Shown in pieces: positions 38,653 through 48,300 of a stretch of 64,000 bases of DNA; position 1 is the stretch's first letter; each line of letters opens with the position of its first letter. Under the pieces are notes generated by a model. The model ran no database searches. It saw only the letters and a program-made list of their open reading frames with translations, and was not told the origin of the DNA. Source of the stretch: a virus; the IMG/VR virus record IMGVR_UViG_3300020451_002162, positions 27,566 to 91,565 of that record; one strand, given 5' to 3'. The translations under genes and the position numbers were made by a program.

Positions 38653-39626
38653 ATGTTTTAGTATTTAGCCCATACCGACACAGCGATAATTTAGGTGTGT
38701 ATTCAACCCTACTATTAAAACACTGCTTTGGTCATCATCAAAATATCACATATAAACATATAAATACAAATAATTCTTCGGTAAATCTTAATAAAGCAAT
38801 AGAGAATAATAAGTTTGATAAATATGATGTAGTTATACAACATTGCCCATATGACTACATTAACCATATTCCAGGCATTAAAAATATTTGGATACCAATT
38901 ATAAATAATCTATGCCATATACAAGACCCGTATATAGACGACCTCATTAAAAACATAGATCTGGTATGCATAGAAAACTCTTTTACAGAAATGGTTATAG
39001 CTAAATCTATTAAAGAGTCTAAAAAAATTAGGCTGTTTGACTTTAAACTAGAAGAACAAGATAGACAAGAATGTAATAAAATCGATTTAGGTATCCTTAA
39101 TTCATCTCATAAATATTATGCTATATTAGATTACAATGCTGATGAAATAACTCTGTTTAATTTAATTAAAAACTTTATAGCAGTATATAGAAACAATAGC
39201 GATTTTGCTTTAGTTATTTTATTAGCTTGTTCTACAGAGCAATATGAACACACCAGTAATTCAATATCTCATATAGCAAACAGTCTATCTATTTCAGGAA
39301 ATATCTCTAATATAAAACTATATGCTACTGCTAACATATCAATAAATGAAACGTTTCCTCTGCATAAGAGCTGTGACACGTATTTAAATGTTGAATTTAC
39401 AGCAGAAAGTATTCATAAACTCTTTGCTTATCTATATGGCTCTTCTGTTACAGAAAGAATTGAACTGGATTACTCTGAGTCCTACGGATACAAAAACAGT
39501 TCTTGTTTTGGATACAAAAATAAAACATACTCCTTAGTATCTGATAGTTTTGACAAAATATATAAACCGTCAAATATACAGCAGATACAGAGAAAAAAAT
39601 TAATGGAGATTTTAAGTGAAGAATAA
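38649..39626 (+). CDS. Divergent glycosyltransferase-like protein
   Basis: VFSPY..LG, YDVVIQH, LHKSCDTYLN resemble a GT-B fold; the EGFG motif is absent. Confidence 0.45.
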   Translation: MNVLVFSPYRHSDNLGVYSTLLLKHCFGHHQNITYKHINTNNSSVNLNKAIENNKFDKYDVVIQHCPYDYINHIPGIKNIWIPIINNLCHIQDPYIDDLIKNIDLVCIENSFTEMVIAKSIKESKKIRLFDFKLEEQDRQECNKIDLGILNSSHKYYAILDYNADEITLFNLIKNFIAVYRNNSDFALVILLACSTEQYEHTSNSISHIANSLSISGNISNIKLYATANISINETFPLHKSCDTYLNVEFTAESIHKLFAYLYGSSVTERIELDYSESYGYKNSSCFGYKNKTYSLVSDSFDKIYKPSNIQQIQRKKLMEILSEE

Positions 39627-40413
39627 TATTAGTAATATTTTTAGTATCTTATCTAATAATATAAATATAACATATGCTACAGACACACTAGATAACACTA
39701 CTATTATAAATGAAATAGCTAACTCATATAATATCTTTCCTTTAGAGACTGCTATAAGTTATGGTATCAGATCTAGCTATTGTCTATTTTTTGACGCTAT
39801 TAATCAGAGAGAAGCCATAGATTTAGCTCAATCAAATAATATAGAACCTATTTTAGTATTAAATCACATCCCTCAACAACTACAAAAAAAAGAAGACTTC
39901 TATTTATTTAATGAGCAGCACAAAGATTTTAATAAAATTACTTTGTATAATAATATGCTAGATACTTTTCCTTCTGGAGTCACTCTAATAGACAGACCTC
40001 AAATATCTAAAGAAAATATAGAATCTCTAAAAAACAAAACTAAATATGATGTTCTGATTTTTTGCCCCAACAAACCTCTTGGACAATCTATTCATAATAC
40101 AATAAAAGCTATTAATCCTAGCTATAATATATCATTTCTAGAAACATATAAAAATATTAAACATCTAGAAAATCTATATCAACAAGTATCAGAATATGGA
40201 TGTCTAATAACAATAAATGACATATTACTTGCACATATAGCTTTAGACCTTAATATAAAAACCATCAGCAATCTAAATGTGGATGGAGTAGAAGTATGTA
40301 ATAATACCTCGAATATAGCAGATTTCATTAAAAATAAAAATACAAATACTAGAGAATTTGTAGAATATGATTTTCACAATAGTTTTAAAACATATATAAA
40401 AAATTTAACTTGA
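39616..40413 (+). CDS. Hypothetical protein, possibly divergent GT-like
   Basis: Very AT-rich ORF in the GT cluster. Confidence 0.45.
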   Translation: MKNNISNIFSILSNNINITYATDTLDNTTIINEIANSYNIFPLETAISYGIRSSYCLFFDAINQREAIDLAQSNNIEPILVLNHIPQQLQKKEDFYLFNEQHKDFNKITLYNNMLDTFPSGVTLIDRPQISKENIESLKNKTKYDVLIFCPNKPLGQSIHNTIKAINPSYNISFLETYKNIKHLENLYQQVSEYGCLITINDILLAHIALDLNIKTISNLNVDGVEVCNNTSNIADFIKNKNTNTREFVEYDFHNSFKTYIKNLT

Positions 40414-40425
40414 TAGGATAGTTTT

Positions 40426-40848
40426 ATGAGCAAAAATGTATTTATATTAAACAATCCAAATGATGTCAATCCTTTTAAAGAACAGGCTAATTTTGATCCG
40501 GTTTCTGTATCCAACTTAGATCAATTAACTAATAACTATTGCAGTGTTATTTGTGTAACATGCTTGGAAGAGGTTGATTTAGAAACAAGAGAAAATATAT
40601 TTAAAACTCTAATTAACAAAACCAGACCTGGTGGAGAAATTCTGATAATCATCAACGACAAGAAAAATTTATGTAGATTATATCTTGATAGCGTTATAGA
40701 TGACACTACTTTTATAAGCAACATAAGCCAATCTCGATATCCTATCAGCGAAACAGACATCTTAAATCAACTGCAGTCTAGTTTCAGCGTTATTAATGTA
40801 AATAAAAATAACGGTAAAATCATTTTTCATTTAGGAAAAACCCAATGA
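40426..40848 (+). CDS. Truncated/divergent SAM-dependent methyltransferase-like protein
   Basis: VICVTCLEEV...LINKTRPGGEILII resembles the LEH..LKPGG region; no GxG motif I. Confidence 0.5.
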   Translation: MSKNVFILNNPNDVNPFKEQANFDPVSVSNLDQLTNNYCSVICVTCLEEVDLETRENIFKTLINKTRPGGEILIIINDKKNLCRLYLDSVIDDTTFISNISQSRYPISETDILNQLQSSFSVINVNKNNGKIIFHLGKTQ

Positions 40849-41636
40849 GAACCAAGTGTAAATCATGTCTTTACTACTCAAAAGATAAAAAATGCGATCA
40901 TGATATACTGACAACTATAAATAAAAAAATAGATTACGATCAAGAAGGCTATCCAGAAATATATGATTATAAATGTTTATACGCTTTTCCTAACACATTT
41001 AAATTAGAAAATGAAGACACAAACGTAACATCAGAAGAATTGGACGAATTTAGAATATCTAAATTACCTAGAATTAAAGCATCTATAGTAATCGACGGCT
41101 TTCGCAAATCTTACGATGATATAAAAAAAACAATAGTTTATCTTAAAAAAAATCTAATAGAATCTCCTCATTTCAAAATTGTCGATATGACAATATTACT
41201 GTGTAGTGAACAAGAGAATAAATTAGAACTTGTAAAGCATATGGAAAGTAGTGACATAAATATTAAATGGAAATTTTGTGCTTTAAAAATTTGCTTAAAT
41301 AATACACATAAGTTTCTGTTTTCTTTACAGCACATAGATCAGCAAGCCAATATGGTAATCTATGTTAAAGCCGATAATAATGAGCTAAATACTAAATCCA
41401 TAATAGACGCAACAGCAGAAACTTCTCTTATACTACAGTTACCTTTTGTCTTTTTACACAATAATAGTTTGGATATTTCTGAATCTTTCGATTGCTTATC
41501 TTGCAATATTGTGAATTTAAACACACTAAAAAGATATAATATGTCAGAAAACGACGACTACGGCAATCCAAAACTAATTTATGAATGGATATCCAGAGAG
41601 AACAAACCTGAATTAATAATTAACGTTAATGAATAA
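40845..41636 (+). CDS. Hypothetical protein with an N-terminal Cys cluster
   Basis: CKSC..C..C at the N-terminus. Confidence 0.5.
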   Translation: MRTKCKSCLYYSKDKKCDHDILTTINKKIDYDQEGYPEIYDYKCLYAFPNTFKLENEDTNVTSEELDEFRISKLPRIKASIVIDGFRKSYDDIKKTIVYLKKNLIESPHFKIVDMTILLCSEQENKLELVKHMESSDINIKWKFCALKICLNNTHKFLFSLQHIDQQANMVIYVKADNNELNTKSIIDATAETSLILQLPFVFLHNNSLDISESFDCLSCNIVNLNTLKRYNMSENDDYGNPKLIYEWISRENKPELIINVNE

Positions 41637-42324
41637 ACTCACAGCAATTCTTTTATATACAGATTTGATCAAAGGATCTAAAACCAAACAGTGCAAATCT
41701 ATATGCAATATTAATAAGCATACAACTGTAATACAAGAACAAATTTCTTCATTAAAAAAGATGAATAGAAGAATAGAAATTATTATTCTAGCAGGCAAGG
41801 GTTATAAGGATATTCATAAAGTTTTAAAAGAAACAAAGAATACAAATAAAGTAGAATTAATTTATGTGGATAATTATACAGAGGTGAATCAGGGCCAGAT
41901 ATTGTATGATACAGTCAAAAACTTAAATATTCAAAATAATTTATTTATTATAATAGGGGAGATATTATTTAAAAACATATCTTGCAAAAAATTGCAAAAT
42001 AATACTACATGGATCATAGACAAAAAAAGAGACGACTTTAATATAAATTGTAGAACCAAAGAAACTTTGGCACAATATTTTTTCTATGACCTACCCAATG
42101 AAAAGCAGTGGTCAGAAATAGTATTCCTAGAGAAAGACACTGTACAACAAATGAAAAAATCAAATGTTGTGAGCAATACGATAAAACAGATATTTATGTT
42201 TGAGCTTTTAAATAAACTTATTGACAATTCTATAATTATTGATACACAGCCAATAAAGTATAAAGACATTATTAAGGTTAGAAGCAATAAAAACATAAAC
42301 AAAGCAAAGGTATTTATTAGATGA
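41629..42324 (+). CDS. Divergent NTP-transferase (LicC/MobA-like fold)
   Basis: AILL...CKSICNINK.TVIQEQISSL..IIILAG..Y.EVN..IIGEILF aligns by eye to sugar/choline nucleotidyltransferases; the AAGxGTR motif is lost. Confidence 0.55.
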   Translation: MNKLTAILLYTDLIKGSKTKQCKSICNINKHTTVIQEQISSLKKMNRRIEIIILAGKGYKDIHKVLKETKNTNKVELIYVDNYTEVNQGQILYDTVKNLNIQNNLFIIIGEILFKNISCKKLQNNTTWIIDKKRDDFNINCRTKETLAQYFFYDLPNEKQWSEIVFLEKDTVQQMKKSNVVSNTIKQIFMFELLNKLIDNSIIIDTQPIKYKDIIKVRSNKNINKAKVFIR

Positions 42325-43022
42325 CAACCCTCATACAGTATAACACAGATAAGTTTATTCAATCTTTACATGGAGTTTTGGAAAATAGTGTTTTGTCTAA
42401 TATAGACGGCATTCTTTATGCTTTGCATTTTCAAAATAATTTCGACAATATAGTATTTGTTGTTTCTGGTAAAATATCTACAGAAGTAAATAATTTTATC
42501 ATAGAATTTCAAGAGGCAAAAAATATTGTATTGTATTATATAAACACATCTGAAGACTATAGTGAAGTCTTTAAATATGTTAAACATGTTACTAAACATG
42601 GAGGCAAATTAAAAGGCAATCATACCGAATTGCCAGACAATATAGTAGATACACAAACTTTTGTTAACAACCAGAACCAAGACAGAAAAGACAAATATTG
42701 TGTGTTGTTAAATAACGCTAAAGCCTTACCAGACAAAATTTCCTGTTTATTATACCCTAGCAGTAGTTTACCTATCAACATGTTTAGTTCCCCGTATATA
42801 TCTCATGCTCAAAATTTAGGTATGTTAACTTCTGAATCAGAAAAATGTACAATTTTAAACACATATAAATATTTTATAAATACGTCTAATGAATATATTT
42901 ACGAAGCTCAACTATGCGGATGTGTCGTAGTAGATGTAGACTGTGATACTAAAGTTACAAATGTATCATTAGATACAAGTAAAATAACACCCATAAGTGA
43001 AGTAATTAAGGAGATTTTATAA
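42321..43022 (+). CDS. Divergent GT-B-like protein
   Basis: C-terminal YIYEAQLCGCVVV resembles the EAxxCG motif. Confidence 0.45.
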   Translation: MTTLIQYNTDKFIQSLHGVLENSVLSNIDGILYALHFQNNFDNIVFVVSGKISTEVNNFIIEFQEAKNIVLYYINTSEDYSEVFKYVKHVTKHGGKLKGNHTELPDNIVDTQTFVNNQNQDRKDKYCVLLNNAKALPDKISCLLYPSSSLPINMFSSPYISHAQNLGMLTSESEKCTILNTYKYFINTSNEYIYEAQLCGCVVVDVDCDTKVTNVSLDTSKITPISEVIKEIL

Positions 43023-43480
43023 TGGATAATATTGGTTTTTTTCTTCCTAAATTACAAGGAGAAAAACATACTGCAATAATAGAACATATATCTACTTATA
43101 TCTCTAATAATGCAAACAAACAAATAGTTGTATTTTGTAATAATACAGATGTCGTTTTCCCTTGGAATGTCCCTGTACTTCATGTTAATGAGGCTAAATA
43201 TTTTGATGGTTCTATTGTGGTATTCGATATCTTGTCAGCATTAATTATAAAAAACTTTAAAACGCAAAAAAATAAATATTTCTGGATTGGAAGCGCAATG
43301 CCTTGGTCAAGCAATCCTTCTGAAAATTATCAAACTTTTCAAGATATTTTTGATGACAAAGATATAACATTTGTCGTTGCTGATCAAACAATACAAGACA
43401 TATATGAGATATGCTATAATAAACCACAATACGTATTTAAAGAGTTTAACCATGAAAATTTACAAAAACTTATCGGATAA
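43022..43480 (+). CDS. Hypothetical protein, GT N-terminal-domain-like
   Basis: Rossmann-like alternation; lies in the GT cluster. Confidence 0.4.
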   Translation: MDNIGFFLPKLQGEKHTAIIEHISTYISNNANKQIVVFCNNTDVVFPWNVPVLHVNEAKYFDGSIVVFDILSALIIKNFKTQKNKYFWIGSAMPWSSNPSENYQTFQDIFDDKDITFVVADQTIQDIYEICYNKPQYVFKEFNHENLQKLIG

Positions 43481-44240
43481 AGAAAAACAGCAAATCATAA
43501 AAAAGCTGTACGAAAAAGAAAATAAAAGTTTCGCAGATATAGCGAATGAATATGGGACTTACGCCAATAAAATAAGAAGGGACGCTATAAAATATAATAT
43601 AAAAATAAAAAATAAAAGCGAAGCCCAAAAATCTGCACTAGCTACAGGAAAAACCCAACATCCAACTAAGGGTAAGACAAGAACAGATGTAGAAAAAAAC
43701 AATATTGGTATGGGGGTTTATAATGCTTGGAAAAATACCGATGAAGAAACTTTAGAAAAAAGAAAAAAGAAAAGCATTGAAAACTGGCAAAAAATAGACA
43801 AAAACAAAAAAGAAAATATGTTAACTCAAGCTAATAGGGCTGTTAGGCTGGCTAGTAAAACAGGCTCTAAATTGGAAAAATTCTTTTTAACAGAATTAAT
43901 AGACAAAGGTTATAGGGTTGAATTACACAAACAACAGGTTTTAGGAAATACAAGACTTGAAATTGACCTTTTTCTTCCTACTATGAATATAGCAATAGAG
44001 GTTGACGGTCCTTCACATTTTGAAGAAATATGGGGTGCTGAAAACCTAAAAAAAAATCAGAACTATGATAGAAAGAAAACAGGACTAATATTAGGAAGAG
44101 GCTGGTACTTGATAAGAGTAAAGCAGCATAAAGATTTTTCTAAGTCCTATGCAAATATTTTGCTAAATAAATTATTGCAAGAAATATCAAACATTAAATC
44201 TAGTAAAAGTAATATTAAAGAAATTTTCATAGAGGAATAA
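43452..44240 (+). CDS. HTH + Vsr/DUF559-like (EDxHD-type) putative homing endonuclease
   Basis: N-terminal HTH SFADIANEYG; NUMOD-like KGKTRT; SKLEK..EIDLFL..IAIEVDGPSHF..D..K..GWYLIR. Confidence 0.75.
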   Translation: MKIYKNLSDKEKQQIIKKLYEKENKSFADIANEYGTYANKIRRDAIKYNIKIKNKSEAQKSALATGKTQHPTKGKTRTDVEKNNIGMGVYNAWKNTDEETLEKRKKKSIENWQKIDKNKKENMLTQANRAVRLASKTGSKLEKFFLTELIDKGYRVELHKQQVLGNTRLEIDLFLPTMNIAIEVDGPSHFEEIWGAENLKKNQNYDRKKTGLILGRGWYLIRVKQHKDFSKSYANILLNKLLQEISNIKSSKSNIKEIFIEE

Positions 44241-44241
44241 A

Positions 44242-44970
44242 ATGGCTAAAAAGCAAACTAAAGCACAGAAGGCAGAAGATGTAGTAGAACAAAAAGAGCA
44301 GGAAATTACAAAGCCTGACATCAATTCATTAGAGTGGAATGACTATGTATTAGGTCTGTTGTCTGAGGAAGAAAAAATCTCTGGCAATCCTACCACAGAT
44401 GGACTAAGAAGAATATTTGAAATAGCTCTAGATTGCACCATTATCGATTCAACCTCCGAAGTAGTACAATCCCCTAGCCCAGATAACGAAAAGAGGGCTA
44501 CTGTGGTTCATTCTCTGAACTATATTTTAAATGATGGATCATTGCCAGCAGAACTTAGAGCAAGGGCTGTAAACGGCGCTGCGGACGTATACTGGGGCAA
44601 CTGTGACAAAGTATATAGAAATCATCCTGTAGCTGTAGCAGAAACAAGAGCAGAAGGCAGGGCTTTAAGAAGAGGGCTTAAATTAAGGAAAGTTATAGCA
44701 GCTGAAGAGGTGGCCAATGAAATCGAAGATGACCCAGATGGTATCACTGTTTCTAAAATTACAAATAATCAAATTAATTTCATTGACGTTCTGTCTAAAA
44801 GACTTAATATAAATGTAAATAATATGTTAACAATTAAAAATATTACAGAGTCTATATACAATGTATCGCATAAAGATGCTGTGGTTTTAATTAGAGACTT
44901 ATCAAAATATCAACAAAATATATCAGATATACCAAATAATATTGTAGGGTATGATTCTTCATGGAAATAG
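44242..44970 (+). CDS. Rad52/Sak-like single-strand annealing protein
   Basis: GLRRI, ATVV, GAADV, HPVAVAETRAEGRALR, AAEE, ITNNQI motifs. Confidence 0.55.
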   Translation: MAKKQTKAQKAEDVVEQKEQEITKPDINSLEWNDYVLGLLSEEEKISGNPTTDGLRRIFEIALDCTIIDSTSEVVQSPSPDNEKRATVVHSLNYILNDGSLPAELRARAVNGAADVYWGNCDKVYRNHPVAVAETRAEGRALRRGLKLRKVIAAEEVANEIEDDPDGITVSKITNNQINFIDVLSKRLNINVNNMLTIKNITESIYNVSHKDAVVLIRDLSKYQQNISDIPNNIVGYDSSWK

Positions 44971-44983
44971 AGGTAAAAATATT

Positions 44984-45304
44984 ATGAAAGCCAAATATAA
45001 AGTAGGCGATAAGCTTGAGTTTGAATTAGATGGTGCTGGACAGAAAGAACTTTTTAAAGAAATTGCCAGTATTCAAGAAATTTTTGGAGAAACTAAGTGT
45101 GGTATATGTGGCTCTGAAAATATTAAATTTGTCGTAAGAGTTGTAGACGACAACGAATACTATGAATTACGTTGCATGGATTGCGGAGCTGTTCTTTCTT
45201 ATGGTCAACATAAAAAAGGCGGAACACTATTTCCTAAAAGAAAAGATGCTGATGGTACTTGGATGCCTAATAACGGATGGTATAAATACCAAGCAAATAA
45301 ATAG
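44984..45304 (+). CDS. Zinc-finger protein
   Basis: CGIC..CMDC; GAGG RBS before ATG 44984. Confidence 0.65.
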   Translation: MKAKYKVGDKLEFELDGAGQKELFKEIASIQEIFGETKCGICGSENIKFVVRVVDDNEYYELRCMDCGAVLSYGQHKKGGTLFPKRKDADGTWMPNNGWYKYQANK

Positions 45305-45306
45305 TA

Positions 45307-48300
45307 TTAAGACAAAGGTATTGTAGAAGTATTTGGCTCTGCACCGTCGAATAGATATGTTTGTGAGTCAAACACGGATGCTCCGAAACCACAATCCTGA
45401 TTTAATTTATAAGTTACAACTGTTCCCCAATTACCGTGATCTTGATCAACTACGGGAATTACTTGTATCTCATTCGACTCCAAAAATTCAGAAGGAGACA
45501 ACGTTACTCGACCTCTAACATCGTTTATATTGCACGCTCCACTTTTACTCATGATAAGGTCAGCCTGACCTATGGAGGTGCCGTCTAGAAAATACAAGCG
45601 ATAGGAAGGATAAACACTACCATCAGGATCAACTACCATATTAGCACTAGAAAATACTGTTGATCCATTCCATACAATGTCTAAATTGTCATCAGTAATT
45701 GCGTTCGCATTACAAATCTCAACAACGTATCCCCGGCTATTACCCTCGATCGCTTCTGCTGAACTCTGAACAGGTTTAAAGTCATAAGGTATCCATTCCC
45801 AAGGTTCTTGCGATGTCAATATTGTCTTATTTGTTTGTTCAATTTTATCATTACTACCAAAAAATCCTCTAAAAATCATTTCGTTCATCATTTGATAGAA
45901 AGGTGGAGTATCTACATATTCACCATCATGATCTACGCATCTCCAACAATAAAAATCTGCAGCTAAATCATAATTTGTACTAGGGGGTATTACACTTGTT
46001 CCTAATCCTCCATCACTAGTTGGTAAATATCTTTTAAATCTTTGATCATGAGATTTTAGTTTTCTAGGAGGCATTACTCTAAATTTCATATATACAGGCT
46101 TGCCAAAATCTATTACTTCTTTTAGTTGATAATCAATATATGTTGACCCTAAAGCAGCAGGACGTTCATAAAAATCTTCCCAAGCAAATAAAGTATCATT
46201 AAAACTCTCCCCATATCCAAACATCATTTTGTTTATATCTACTTGACTAGTAGATGTACTACCAATAGATATGTCTACCATATTACTAAAATTTAACGTA
46301 GGATCAACTTGCAACCAAGCATTTTTAATTTCTTGTTGTTTGGTATCTGTATATTCTATAAGATAGTTCCCGCCGTTACGATCAGTTAGCTTAACTTGTC
46401 CCGTGTCTTTATCTGGAATAGCATAATTGCTGAAATTATTATCAAGCGGACTCATTTGACTATCTTCAATCAAAACAGTACCTTGAACAGATCGATTGAT
46501 AGGCAGAACTTGAAGTTCTGTAGACACAGGTATTTTTACACTCATTTCATTACTAACAAAACAGCCGTTTTCTGGATCTATATGTATCCAATAAAGATCT
46601 GTGTCATTATACTTAATTTCAATACCGCCATTAGCAAATAATGCAAGTCCGGATATATGAGCAGCAACTGTTGTGCTAGTAGTAGCTATACCAGAGGCAT
46701 GAAAAATATCATCTGCTTCTTTCTTTTTTGCAACAATTCTTTGTTTAACATTCATCGCAGGACAGTCTTCAAAATTATAGTCATTACTACTATAACATTT
46801 GATAGGATCTGCAGAAAGAGTATTATAAAAAGCATTTAACGCTCTGATGTTATTCCCATCCATAGCTTCTGTTATATTGTTGTAGATATAATCCCCAGTA
46901 CCAGTAATTTCATCATAAAAATCAATCATCCGAGAATAATTATCTGAATCAAATCTCACAACCTTATTATTGAAATTAAGGTCAGCATCGATAGTAATTG
47001 TCCCAGTATCTGCTATGTTTATGTCTTCTTGATTGAAAAGTTTGTTGGTTTTAATCTCTATAAAATCTTGCTGCGCTAATTGTTCAAGAGCTAAATAAAT
47101 CGGCTGATATGTATTATTTATATCAACAGATTTAAACTCATCATAATTTTTAGGATCTGGTGTTGTATTAGCATCATAAGCAGTTCTTTCTAATAAAGAG
47201 AATTCTTTAGATACTACATCGGTACTATAAAGTCCTATGTCTTCAATACTATAACGATATGCTCTTAGCTTGTCTCCTAACGAATCTGATTGATTAAAAG
47301 TAAAATATGTCCCATTATTTAAATTAAAATTAAAATATTTATAGTAATCATTAACACTATTATTAGCTTGTTCGTATAAAGAAAATGATTCATTTATCTT
47401 TTGTTCTGTATCTAATTTTCCGGGTCTAACTACATCTGTTCCATAGCCAATAGAACCTTCAGCAGTAGCAGTACTGTAACTATTGTAATTATTAGTTCTT
47501 AGTCCTTGTTTGTGCTCTTCCATAGGCCACTTATATATGTTATCAATATTTGATGTCCAATCAGATTTATTGTCTGAAGTGTTATATGTAGGATTAAACA
47601 CTAAAATACTATTACAGCTCGTAGCGGGCAAACCTAAACGACCTTCGGGATAAACAGGCTCTTCAAAGCTAAGTATGGTTTTATAACCAGCATTTGTAGC
47701 TATTAAAGATTTATTAGTAATTACGGCTTCTGTATTAGACCCGTCTAAAACTGTTTGACCAATATCAAAAAAGTAGTATCCTCTATAACCATCAATAATA
47801 ATGTGCTTAGTAGTAATATCCGATGTACTACTTTCCTCCTCAGGAAGACCTGGTGGAGGTGGAGGTGGAGGTGCTCCACCATCTCCAGCTGAGTCGTCCT
47901 CCTCCTCAGCAGGTGCTATCTCTTGTAAACGCAGTCTTAACCATTCAGTAGCTGAAGGAGCTAAGGTTTCAACTATCCATGTATTATTATTAAGAAAATC
48001 TCTGGATGATGTATTACTTGCTGTCTGGGCATCCCCAACATCTTGTAATTCCGCTCCAGTTGGAATGTTGTTCGTTATACTAATATTATTTTGAGTATAA
48101 TATGATGTGTTTTTTATAGTTGTGGTTCTTATTATGGGATTTATTGCTTCGGATTCTGCATCATAATCTGGCTCAGAGTTTATTGTAACTTCAATATTTG
48201 GATTACTTGAGTAGGACAAAGTATTGAATGCTTGTCCCTCAGAACTTGTGTCGTTATCAAAAGAAGTGTGTCCTATTTTATGATTAATTTTAAAAATCTC

